Source: Candidatus Aenigmatarchaeota archaeon (lineage in GTDB: Archaea; Aenigmatarchaeota; Aenigmatarchaeia; CG10238-14; SpSt-28). Taken from it: DNA of 64,000 bases. The notes beneath the pieces are model-generated. The model searched no databases, was not told the origin of the DNA, and was given only the letters and a program-made list of their open reading frames with translations. The translations under genes and the position numbers were made by a program. The stretch is taken from contig JAWAZZ010000001.1 of assembly GCA_038997305.1 (NCBI GenBank), positions 44,159 to 108,158 on the forward strand, given 5' to 3'. Below, in pieces: positions 30,001 to 38,417 of the stretch; within the stretch, counting starts at the first letter, position 1; each line of letters opens with the position of its first letter.

Positions 30001-30588
30001 GATTGTAGTAGTGGATATTTCTGTGATGCTGGAATATGTAAATCGCGTATAGGAGAAGAAGTTAAAAAATGCAATTCGCAAGGAAAGGTTTATATTGGGC
30101 ACGAATCAGAAAACAACAAATGTTGTGAGAGAGAAAAAGTAAATGTTATGATATGTGAAGGTAGTGATTGTCCTACTTATTCTTTTAGAGCAGAAGAATG
30201 GATAACTCATAAAGATACTATTTTAGATTATTTGACAGGAAAGATAGATTATTCGCAATTCAGCAACTTAGTTAGTGCTGATGTAAGACTAAAGCTACTA
30301 CAATTACAATCTACAAAGAACATAATGTGCTGTGGAGATTGGAAAAAGTGTGTGTATAATGGAAAATGCTATAATGAAAATAGTGTAGAAAAAATTAATC
30401 AAAAAGATTTTGTTTGTAAATTAGGCAAATGGATACAAATAGACTCTTGTAAGATTAATAGGGCATACGTACAGAATAATAATTTAATTTTAGAAGTTTC
30501 TTTGGGTTGTGGCGGAATAATTTCTGGTAATCAAGTTAATGTAGGAATAGAATGTAAGAGGATTAATAAAGATGGCCAGTGTGTATAA
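27004..30588 (+). CDS. giant multidomain membrane protein: calcineurin-like metallophosphoesterase domain + ~300-aa coiled coil + TM hairpins + C-terminal Cys-rich domain
   Basis: Phosphoesterase motifs in canonical order: DIH, GDVFDKREG (GDxxDR), GNHD, GHTP. A long heptad-like Glu/Lys/Gln region follows. Hydrophobic block LTLGGIIGLTLQTILAIKIALEAGIRVALAVVITGPFGWLSLLVLAAIIVAIGAFMCFIYV. The C-terminal ~450 aa hold more than 45 Cys. The annotated start is TTG; see the frameshift note on the previous feature. Confidence 0.6.
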   Translation: MEKKGFQFNSINDCQKLADLLYTSFLLSYADLGNKLLSDIINFQLTLSSAILEGILRYAQGTAVLAGTQTNTKIYLFNDIHQNARNFIYEVVEILKENGLEPGKDFWIVEKKFNDYEYYTLEFSSNAKNKINKNIKIIFAGDVFDKREGDMEMDEFKEKLDKRVLEKLDENAKSNFFKNLNVLGEKREDIGKNSRILSHTILSIMDSLEELLGSDNVIRLLGNHDVYQYYIVDSERVKKLTVTMSHSIPFTRGKDLVEYYWNKGRLIYVYYEDGIVNIYTNSQSGFLIKEFLERLAKSLEGKNLNELSENELKRIIKEVSEEFDRNAKFIAGENSEVGIVKYTYERFMNFEDDVNKQTTDVNDNLNKLSEIIKKKFGNRFKFVIITGHTPVSSLNYYYSSPNIDLFITDNPEKRASRSLIIFDKEKISVRVIPHGVDYFVSIQKPKLNVGGGGLSSEDVKKIKNTKSQIDVAREINGEISKAEEEVEKAKTISERLDVLKRVFSRLKDFFSKKSQEVDRVFIDPEPTQTRPIKQALDASIQKSEEGLRAVQSGNLEEANKKFDEIRKEFKQLAENILKNAGDRIQEVYQKLQGNSQAEQSLNKNIEESIRNQQSELSKQGENIQRTAASTDVAKSVTESTEKLASSQLSQQGRSLLQKLKTSVSAFKTFSTTINNLASKISPLLIFVPMIEIGRNLELYEIPYGEEVSLALTLGGIIGLTLQTILAIKIALEAGIRVALAVVITGPFGWLSLLVLAAIIVAIGAFMCFIYVTQRGGGDFGQCLLYGISFGTAKYCDLYAAKYYFRDINDFDKKTEKQKPSEYTYFTVLYPDYREIKLYAEGIPRIGTEKCPADNYLGPIKVYEGHNYFIRIKHLGSNMERYDLTKFIVEKDGSGRSEGTFCLTSKSSCSKDATDFPFEVGKQYLVIIDERGWYIVEPLGSGIKKSVPVGVLYIYENKNACSNLGGKCVDVSKAQDPKQIIYHGVCKAGEICIKECKSDSDCSSGYFCDAGICKSRIGEEVKKCNSQGKVYIGHESENNKCCEREKVNVMICEGSDCPTYSFRAEEWITHKDTILDYLTGKIDYSQFSNLVSADVRLKLLQLQSTKNIMCCGDWKKCVYNGKCYNENSVEKINQKDFVCKLGKWIQIDSCKINRAYVQNNNLILEVSLGCGGIISGNQVNVGIECKRINKDGQCV

Positions 30589-31651
30589 CATTAGAAAAAT
30601 CAATATTGAAAAAGGTGGAAAAAACATAGCTTTAATTATTTTTATGTTTTTACTTTCCTTTACTTCTTTTGGTTTATCCCAGCAAAATATGTTAAAATGT
30701 ACTAATAATTATCTATTGGTTTCTTGTTTAGTAGATAATTGCTATTCTGGAGTGGTTATTGTCAATAATTCTTATGAAGTTTACACTATATCAATAGATA
30801 TAAATTCAAACTCATTTAATATTCAACCAAAAGGCAGTGAAATATTTTTTACGGTTATTTGTCAAGCTCCACAAAAAGTAGAAGAGTATAAGTATAAAAT
30901 AAATAATGTTATACTTTCGGATACATTCCAAAATGTTAATAACCAACTTATAGTTGGGAGAGGATGCTATAGCATAAGAACAGAAGTTAGTGGAAGCACT
31001 AGCTTTCTATATCTAGAAAAATATAGATATTCTGAAGGTGGATGTGAAGAAAGTCAAAAAGTTCAAACATTAAAAATTCCTTTGAAAAGCAAGGATGTGA
31101 TAATTCACGTAAATTGTAAATGCATAGAAAACAAAGGACTCTTATTGTCTATTGGAGATTTTGCTAGTGTAAACGAAGTAACATTAGCATCTTCAGATGA
31201 AGTAGTAATTTATTTGAAAAAAGGATGGAACATGATATCTAATCCGTCTGATAAGCCAATAACTTTAGAAGATTTTAGGAAAAGCGGATGTAATATTAGG
31301 TCTATTTGGAAATATGAAAACAAGAAATGGCAAAGACCTACTGAAATATCAAACGATGCAAAAGGTTATTTTGTTTATGCAACTAACGATTGTGTATTAA
31401 GAGTTAAAAAACCATCAAAATCGAATGTAATATTAACTAACGAACTTTCAATTACTTTACAAAAAGGATGGAATTTAATTAGAGGTATTGATGGGTTAAC
31501 TTGTGAAGATTTAGAGAGACTAGGATGTAAGTTATCATCAAAATCAAAAAACAAATGTTTTTGGATATATCAGAATAAGAAATGGGTAAGAACAAATGTG
31601 ACTGAGATGCTATATGGGTATTGGGTATATTGTAGAGAAATTGTTAAGTAA
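30572..31651 (+). CDS. secreted protein with N-terminal Cys-containing domain and two C-terminal ~62-aa aromatic GWN repeats
   Basis: Signal anchor ALIIFMFLLSFTSFGLS. C-terminal repeats LKKGWNMISNP...WKYENKKWQRP...KGYFVYATNDC and LQKGWNLIRG...WIYQNKKWVR...YGYWVYCRE. Confidence 0.6.
   Translation: MASVYNIRKINIEKGGKNIALIIFMFLLSFTSFGLSQQNMLKCTNNYLLVSCLVDNCYSGVVIVNNSYEVYTISIDINSNSFNIQPKGSEIFFTVICQAPQKVEEYKYKINNVILSDTFQNVNNQLIVGRGCYSIRTEVSGSTSFLYLEKYRYSEGGCEESQKVQTLKIPLKSKDVIIHVNCKCIENKGLLLSIGDFASVNEVTLASSDEVVIYLKKGWNMISNPSDKPITLEDFRKSGCNIRSIWKYENKKWQRPTEISNDAKGYFVYATNDCVLRVKKPSKSNVILTNELSITLQKGWNLIRGIDGLTCEDLERLGCKLSSKSKNKCFWIYQNKKWVRTNVTEMLYGYWVYCREIVK
31211..31640 (+). repeat. tandem pair of ~62-aa GWN(L)-W.YENGKW-GKGYW.Y modules (coding)
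   Basis: Protein-level repeat visible in the translation of 30572..31651. Confidence 0.6.
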
Positions 31652-31688
31652 TATGGATAAATATTTATTGTTAAACAAAATAATAATT

Positions 31689-34600
31689 ATGAATGGAAAA
31701 TTCTTAAATGTAATACTATTTTTAATTTTCTTTTTGAGTTTTGGTATAGTTTATTCTGAAAATTATGTTTTAAGTCTTAAAAAGGGATGGAACTTGATTT
31801 CGATACCCTTAGCTCCATCTAATATAGAGTCTGTAAAATGTGATATATCTTCTATTTGGTCATATGAAAACGGTAAATGGAAAAAATTGAGTAATATTAA
31901 TCAGTTAGTTCCTGGTAAAGGTTATTGGATATATGTTAGAAGTGCTACATGCGATATCGTTATCTATGGAGATAGAATAAATTATAATCCAATAGAAAAA
32001 TTAAGTAAAGGATGGAATTTAGTTGGTATTGGTTCTAATGAAATATATGTTAAAGATTTAAAAAATGTTTGTAAAAATATTACTAGAATTTGGAGTTATG
32101 AAAATGGCAGATGGATAAAATTAAATGATGATGATAAATTAATTCCTGGTAAAGGATATTGGATATATAGTAGAGATGAATGTGATTTAGGAAGAAGCAA
32201 GTTTGTAGGTTCTTCTAGTTGTCAATGTTATGATAATCTTAAAATAAATCCGGATAAAACTACATTTTCTCCTGGAGAAACTATAAATTTCGAAAGTGTT
32301 TGTGGTGATCAAGGAAATCTTATAACAATAGTTTTGAAAGATCCTAGTGGTAGTCAAAAAGCATCTGCATATTCTACTTGTCCTAGTCCAACTAGTAAAG
32401 CAAGCGGTAGTTATACATTTAAATCTACTGATCCTGCAGGAACTTGGAAATTAATAATGGATGTGAGTGGAGTTACTTGTGAGCATTGTGAAAAAGAAAT
32501 AACATTGCAAGGAACACAACAACAATGTAGTGTATCAGTATCTAATATAAATATTCAACAAACAAATACACCTACTTGTGGTCAATCAGCAACACTTTCA
32601 GTATCTATATCTGGTACAGCAACAAATTGCCAATCTTTAAAAGCAGAAATTTATGAAGATCAAACTTTATTAAAAACAATATCATGTAGCATTTCGAATA
32701 ATAATTTACAATGTTCTGACACATTAACTTTAACAGTCTCTTCTAATAATCAAGAAGCAGACTTTGATATAGTAATTAAAGATAGTAATAACAATGAAAA
32801 GGCTAGAAGTCCTAAGAGAATTACATTACAATGTCAATCACAACAACAATGTCAAGTAACTTTAAATTCGTTATCTCTAAATCCATCATCCACGAACCAA
32901 TGTGGTCAATTAATTCCATTAACTATAACTGTTAGTTATTCAGCTAGTGGAAATTGTCAAAACAAATATATTACAGTTTATGATCATGATAATAATGTTT
33001 TAGGTTATATTCCAATAGATACTTCTAAAACAAGTGGCTCATTAAATTTAAATACTTACAACGTTCCTTCAAAAAGTGATAAATATTTAATTTGGGCCTT
33101 AGCAGAAGGTTCCTCACAACAAGTTTCTGCATATTTAGATGTTCAATGTCAATCACAACAACAATGTCAAGTAACTCTTAATTCATTATCTCTAAGTGAA
33201 TCAACAGCACAATGCAATCAACAAATTTCATCATTAACAGCAACTGTTAGTTATTCAGCTAGTGGAAATTGTCAAAATCAAAACATAATAGTTTATAAAC
33301 CAGATGGAAGTGTTTTGTGCAATATTCCAATAGATACTTCCAAAAATAGCAATTCATGTTCAGCTAGTTATACTGCTCCATCGCAAAGTGGTATACATAC
33401 ATTCAAAGCTGTTTATGGAACTCAAGAAAAAACAGCAAGTTTAAATGTTCAATGTCAAAGTCAAGAAACTAAAATAGAAGTTTCTATAACTGCAGATAAA
33501 ACAACTTCTTATGTTAGAGACAAAATTAAAATAAGAGCAACTGCAAGATTCACCAATCTAAAAGAAACAGGAACATATGAGTTGTGGATATGTAGAGAAG
33601 GGTTATCATATTGTTTAGCATCTGCTGCAAAGGTTTGCACAGATTCAAATTGTCTTAGAGAATTAGAGCAAAACGGTCTAACAAAAGAATATGAAGCTAC
33701 TTCAGATTGTAGCGGAAGTTATAAATATTATGCAAAAGTTTATTTAGGAACTGATAAAGAACTTGCCAAGAGTAATCCAATAGAAGTTAATTTTAAGCTT
33801 CATGAAGGTTTAAAGATAGATGAATTAAAAGTTGAACCTCCAAAAGCAGATTCAGAGCAAAAAATAATAATAACTTTAAACCCAGATACATATAGAATAC
33901 TAAATGAATATTATTGTGAAGGATGTAAAGGTTTTAATACAGGTGATTATTTTGTATCAGTACCAGAATATTATGATCCTAATGGAAATAAAGTACAACT
34001 TTTGATACCAGCTTGTAACGAAAATGATATAAGACAAAACAATGGTAAGTGTGTAATAGATAAGTATTTTAGTGGTAGTCCACTTAAACTGTTTAATAAA
34101 CCAGGAACATATAAAGTAAGGGCAGTTTTAATGAGAGAGTGTGTAAGAGATGCTACTACTACAGAAAAGTTGACCGAAGGTTGGTTTACTGTAACAATTT
34201 CTTCACAAAATTGTGTTGTTAACATCTCTGAGGTTAAAGTTGAAAAAGTAGATTCTAATATACCAAATTGTGGCCAAACTATAAATTTGAAATTCACGGT
34301 TAATGGAAAGCATACTTCTTGTTCTAGTAGCGATATCGCTGCAATAATTTACGAAGGTTCTAGTGAGATTGGAAAATTACAATGTAATGTAAATAATGAT
34401 GGTACATTTAGATGCGAAGGACAACTTCAATATAAGATAATAGTTTCAGGAACCAAAACATTCAAAGCAAAAGTTCTTGATAAAGAAAAAGAGAGTAATC
34501 AAATAGATTTATCTTGTCAACAACAGCAACAACAATGTACATCTGGTCAAACAAAATGCGAAAATAACAAATTATACGAATGTGTTAATGGACAATGGCA

Positions 34601-35339
34601 AGACAAAACTCCTTCGTGTCCACAGGGTCAACAGTTTGTATGTGTAGATCAAACGCGTGGAGAATGTAGACAACAGCAACAACAATGTCAATTAAAATCT
34701 GTAAATATAGAAAGTGTTAGACAATTAACAAAATGTGATGGGACAAAAGTTAGATACGAAGTAACTGTTTTTACAGATTATGAAAATTGCGAACAAATGC
34801 CTAAGGTAACTCTAGAATATGGAAGAAAAGATCAATTAAGACCTTCTAAAACACAACAACCAAAATCTGTTAGTAATGATGGAAAGAGAGCTATTTTTGA
34901 GGTAGAAATTAGTGGAGTTAGACATGGAACGCAGGTTTTCTTTAGAGCAACTGCTGAAATTTCTGGTCAACAGAAATCTACTGTCGATGAAGAAAGAACT
35001 GTAAATTGTTATGTAGAAGAAGATACATATAAATGTATTGTCGATAACAACAGGGTAAAAATAGTAGCTTCTAACAACCAAGTTATATGGGAAAAAGAAA
35101 ATACACAGACCATTTCATACTATTGTAAAAAAGAGAGTATAAGTGCTAGAAAAGGTATAACATCTAGTGATGGTGATTTTGAAGATTTCTTGAATGCTTT
35201 AGTTGGAGCAAGAAAAGTTTTTACTTGCAGTTTTTCAAACGGAAGGATAGAATGTAATATTGGTAATTTAAATGTGAGAGGTAGCACTGTTTGTATTCTA
35301 GTAGACAATAATAATGCTATATGTAAAACAGTTAGTTAA
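31689..35339 (+). CDS. giant secreted Cys-rich modular surface protein (2 GWN repeats, four ~104-aa Ig-like tandem repeats, Gln-runs, Cys6 knot repeat)
   Basis: Signal peptide MNGKFLNVILFLIFFLSFGIVYS with start at ATG 31689 (31653 is also possible). It contains the modules listed separately below. Confidence 0.65.
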   Translation: MNGKFLNVILFLIFFLSFGIVYSENYVLSLKKGWNLISIPLAPSNIESVKCDISSIWSYENGKWKKLSNINQLVPGKGYWIYVRSATCDIVIYGDRINYNPIEKLSKGWNLVGIGSNEIYVKDLKNVCKNITRIWSYENGRWIKLNDDDKLIPGKGYWIYSRDECDLGRSKFVGSSSCQCYDNLKINPDKTTFSPGETINFESVCGDQGNLITIVLKDPSGSQKASAYSTCPSPTSKASGSYTFKSTDPAGTWKLIMDVSGVTCEHCEKEITLQGTQQQCSVSVSNINIQQTNTPTCGQSATLSVSISGTATNCQSLKAEIYEDQTLLKTISCSISNNNLQCSDTLTLTVSSNNQEADFDIVIKDSNNNEKARSPKRITLQCQSQQQCQVTLNSLSLNPSSTNQCGQLIPLTITVSYSASGNCQNKYITVYDHDNNVLGYIPIDTSKTSGSLNLNTYNVPSKSDKYLIWALAEGSSQQVSAYLDVQCQSQQQCQVTLNSLSLSESTAQCNQQISSLTATVSYSASGNCQNQNIIVYKPDGSVLCNIPIDTSKNSNSCSASYTAPSQSGIHTFKAVYGTQEKTASLNVQCQSQETKIEVSITADKTTSYVRDKIKIRATARFTNLKETGTYELWICREGLSYCLASAAKVCTDSNCLRELEQNGLTKEYEATSDCSGSYKYYAKVYLGTDKELAKSNPIEVNFKLHEGLKIDELKVEPPKADSEQKIIITLNPDTYRILNEYYCEGCKGFNTGDYFVSVPEYYDPNGNKVQLLIPACNENDIRQNNGKCVIDKYFSGSPLKLFNKPGTYKVRAVLMRECVRDATTTEKLTEGWFTVTISSQNCVVNISEVKVEKVDSNIPNCGQTINLKFTVNGKHTSCSSSDIAAIIYEGSSEIGKLQCNVNNDGTFRCEGQLQYKIIVSGTKTFKAKVLDKEKESNQIDLSCQQQQQQCTSGQTKCENNKLYECVNGQWQDKTPSCPQGQQFVCVDQTRGECRQQQQQCQLKSVNIESVRQLTKCDGTKVRYEVTVFTDYENCEQMPKVTLEYGRKDQLRPSKTQQPKSVSNDGKRAIFEVEISGVRHGTQVFFRATAEISGQQKSTVDEERTVNCYVEEDTYKCIVDNNRVKIVASNNQVIWEKENTQTISYYCKKESISARKGITSSDGDFEDFLNALVGARKVFTCSFSNGRIECNIGNLNVRGSTVCILVDNNNAICKTVS
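31775..32195 (+). repeat. tandem pair of ~62-aa GWNL-W.YENGKW-GKGYW.Y modules (coding); about 95% nt-identical to 41530..41862 over ~335 nt
   Basis: LKKGWNLISIPLAP...IWSYENGKWKKL...GKGYWIYVRSATCDI and LSKGWNLVGIG...IWSYENGRWIKL...GKGYWIYSRDECDL. The nucleotide comparison was done by eye. Confidence 0.7.
32510..33760 (+). repeat. four tandem ~310-nt (~104-aa) coding repeats, each beginning QCQSQQQCQV / QQQCSV
   Basis: Repeat starts near 32516, 32829, 33144 and 33449, with conserved ends and variable middles. The TVSYSASGNCQN core recurs. Confidence 0.6.
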
Positions 35340-35379
35340 TCAAAAAATATATATGAGGTATAAGATATTATAATTTATT

Positions 35380-36087
35380 ATGTTGAACATCAGAGGCTTA
35401 AAAGGTTTTACTGCGATAGAAATTGTCTTTCTAATTTTTATTTTAATAGTTGTCGTGTTAGTTGTAATTCAAATGATTACTAGATATGTTAATCCAGGAA
35501 AAATTAATCCTTATATTGAAAATATAGAAGAATTAGCGAAAAAGGATTATATGAGGCAATATTGTGATAATTTGTGCAATTCTATTAAAACTGCTACTAG
35601 TGAAAGAGAAAGATTGTTTGCAATGGCAAGATGGTGTATGGAAAATATAAAAGACAGAGGAAAAGATTATATAGATATAATTGAAGATGGAGTAAAAGGA
35701 TTTTATGTTATTGGTGGTTTACCTTATTGTGAAGCTGGCACATATTGTTTTCATTTCTTCTCTTGCGATGTAGGAATAACTTTGGATTTAAAGGAATGTA
35801 GGAGAATTCTTTGCGAATATTATACTCAACAATTGGGAGATACAAAAAAGGCTAGCGAGGCTATAGTAAATATCATAAACTGGGGAAAATGTAATGTCAA
35901 CAAAGAACAATTATCTGGTAAACCATTGCTTTACTCAAGCGCTAGATGGTGGTATGATAAATATTTTAACATAACAGATGAAAATGGCGAACTCAAAGAT
36001 TTTTGTAGCGTTCTCATAGCTGGTGGAGATATAGAGGGAATAGTTAGCGAAGGTGAAGAGGAAGGCTCTCCTCCAATGCCATCATAA
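35380..36087 (+). CDS. type IV pilin-like protein (class III signal peptide) with Cys-rich globular domain
   Basis: MLNIRGLKG|FTAIEIVFLIFILIVVVLVVIQ has the canonical prepilin cleavage motif (Gly-1, Phe+1, Glu+5, then a ~20-aa hydrophobic helix). A ~190-aa domain with about 10 Cys follows. Confidence 0.55.
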   Translation: MLNIRGLKGFTAIEIVFLIFILIVVVLVVIQMITRYVNPGKINPYIENIEELAKKDYMRQYCDNLCNSIKTATSERERLFAMARWCMENIKDRGKDYIDIIEDGVKGFYVIGGLPYCEAGTYCFHFFSCDVGITLDLKECRRILCEYYTQQLGDTKKASEAIVNIINWGKCNVNKEQLSGKPLLYSSARWWYDKYFNITDENGELKDFCSVLIAGGDIEGIVSEGEEEGSPPMPS

Positions 36088-36154
36088 TCATAGAAGAAAA
36101 AATGAAACCTTTTAATGAATTTATTTATTATTTTCTAAATATAATTATTTTAAA

Positions 36155-38380
36155 ATGGTGAAATTAATAAACTTACAAAAATCAAAAATATTTTTCCTTC
36201 TTACCATTCTAATATTTAATCTGTTTGTTTTCTCTTATTCTTTTTCTCAAGAAGGTTTAACTATAACATTGAAAAAAGGATGGAATCTAATTTCTTTACC
36301 AGCTGAAGATATAAAAATTAAAAATACAAATTGTGACATTAGGTCGATATGGGCATATGAAAACGGCAAATGGAATAAGTTATCTTCTTTGGAAAATTTG
36401 AGAGTTGGAAAAGGTTATTGGGTATATGTAAGAAACGATTGTGAAATTAATTTTGAAGGAAGTTTTGTAATTGGAACAACATTAGAAAACATAACAAAAG
36501 GATGGAATTTAGTTGGTGTTAATTCTGAAATCTTTGTAAGTAGATTAAAAGAGATATGTCCTACAGTAAGAACTGTATGGTCATATGAAAATGGTAAATG
36601 GATAAAATTAAAAGATGATGATAAATTAGTTCCTAATAAGGGATATTGGGTATATTCAAACGGATATTGTGATGTTAGAAAATCTTCCTTAGAAAAAATT
36701 ACAAGGGAGGTTTCTCCCAAATTATCTCAAGTCGTTATGCAGGATCTACAGAATACAAATAAAATTGCTTCTATTCCAGCTATTCTTTTGTTGGTTCCTG
36801 ATGTTGTGGATCAGCTTAATACAGAAGTCTCAGTAGTATTAATATCTAGAATGATTTTCAAAATACCTTATGATGCATTTCCTTTAACACTTAAAGTCAA
36901 AAATTATAGAGGTTTTGATATTTGTGAAAGAAATATAAGAAGCTTTGATGAACTTTTTAGAATTTTTGGCTTAGATATAATAAATGTTTGTTCTTTCATA
37001 GTAAAAGATCAATCATATGAAGGTGCTTATGAATTGTTTGTATTTGATAGGAGCAACAACTTAATATTTAATGTAAAGTCTATTTCAGAACTAAAAATAG
37101 GTAAAGAAACAACTTATCCAACAGAAGAATGTAAGATATCTTATTTTGTAGTGAATTCAACAACTATCGATTGTAAGAGTGATAAACATCCTATAATTAT
37201 TAAATTTAATGCTAGCAAGGAATGCGTAGGAAAGGAAGTTAGAATACAGATCATACCAGAAGCAAGACTAATAGGTCCATTGTCAAAAGGTGTTATTATT
37301 AGGAGTTTTAATAAATCATTTGAAGTTTGCAAATTTAAGATAGAAAAAGTTGGAGAAAATACGGTAAGATGTGAAATTAATGTTTCTGCTTTGAAAGAGC
37401 ATCTAAAAGGAGAGATAGATGAAAAAATGTTAGGAGAGGCATATGTACTAGTAAGGGCAGATTATGAAGGATTAGGTAATTACAGATATATAGGAAGGGT
37501 AGGTATATTACCTGAATGTTTCAAAACAAGTAATTGTGAGGTATCTATAAAGGGAAAGGTTGTAAATGCAGATGTGAGAAATTGTGGTGATTTGACTAAA
37601 TTGGACTTTTATGTAGATATGTCTGTGAGATATAAACAGGGGGAGCGAGACTCTTGCCCAAACAAATATGAAATTTATATATTAGATTCGGGTGAAGTTT
37701 GGAATAATGTTGGTAAAGGTGAAATAGATCTTGGAGATTTGCAGCCAACTCCACCACTAGAAGAAAATGGTTATGAAAGTCTGTTCGGAAGTCTAACTAT
37801 ACCTGCTAAGACTATTGTAACATACAATGGTCAGAAAAAAGAATTTATGATAGTGGTTGTTGGAGTCTTTGAAAATGAAAGAGGAATGCCAAAGAAAGTC
37901 ATATTGGCTAACACAACATTAACGTATTTTGCTGAATGTTTAAAATGTAGAGTAAAAGAAGCAAAATTAAGTTTAGATCCAAGTGAAATAACAACTTGTC
38001 CATTTAAAGTAAAAGCTAAAATTGAGGCAGAAGTTGAGAATTGTTGGAAAGATTCAGTGATTGTTGCAAGAGTATATAAACTTGACAAATTTATGCATTC
38101 AATAGATGATAAATTAGAGGTTTGTAAAGCGACAAAAACATTGTCAGATCTCGAATCAAATCCACCATCATTACCAGAAGATAAGACACCACCTTCTGTG
38201 AGTGGAAAAGTAACACTATCTTGCGAATTTTATGTTAAGACAGAAGCAGATAGTGGATATTATTTTGCCATAACAGGTAATGGAGTATCTAATTTAGCAT
38301 TCTTAAATGTAACCTGTGAAAACATAAGAAGAAGACCAATAGTTCCAGAACCTCTTTCTACAGTATTGAATATAAGATAG
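36155..38380 (+). CDS. large secreted surface protein with two N-terminal GWNL repeats
   Basis: Signal peptide MVKLINLQKSKIFFLLTILIFNLFVFSYSFS. Repeats LKKGWNLISLPAED...IWAYENGKWNKL...GKGYWVYVRNDCEI and ITKGWNLVGVN...VWSYENGKWIKL...NKGYWVYSNGYCDV. Confidence 0.6.
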   Translation: MVKLINLQKSKIFFLLTILIFNLFVFSYSFSQEGLTITLKKGWNLISLPAEDIKIKNTNCDIRSIWAYENGKWNKLSSLENLRVGKGYWVYVRNDCEINFEGSFVIGTTLENITKGWNLVGVNSEIFVSRLKEICPTVRTVWSYENGKWIKLKDDDKLVPNKGYWVYSNGYCDVRKSSLEKITREVSPKLSQVVMQDLQNTNKIASIPAILLLVPDVVDQLNTEVSVVLISRMIFKIPYDAFPLTLKVKNYRGFDICERNIRSFDELFRIFGLDIINVCSFIVKDQSYEGAYELFVFDRSNNLIFNVKSISELKIGKETTYPTEECKISYFVVNSTTIDCKSDKHPIIIKFNASKECVGKEVRIQIIPEARLIGPLSKGVIIRSFNKSFEVCKFKIEKVGENTVRCEINVSALKEHLKGEIDEKMLGEAYVLVRADYEGLGNYRYIGRVGILPECFKTSNCEVSIKGKVVNADVRNCGDLTKLDFYVDMSVRYKQGERDSCPNKYEIYILDSGEVWNNVGKGEIDLGDLQPTPPLEENGYESLFGSLTIPAKTIVTYNGQKKEFMIVVVGVFENERGMPKKVILANTTLTYFAECLKCRVKEAKLSLDPSEITTCPFKVKAKIEAEVENCWKDSVIVARVYKLDKFMHSIDDKLEVCKATKTLSDLESNPPSLPEDKTPPSVSGKVTLSCEFYVKTEADSGYYFAITGNGVSNLAFLNVTCENIRRRPIVPEPLSTVLNIR
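36265..36680 (+). repeat. tandem pair of GWNL aromatic repeat modules (coding)
   Basis: See the 36155..38380 translation. Confidence 0.65.
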
Positions 38381-38417
38381 ATAAAATCGAATTTAATATA
38401 CACACAAAATAATATTT

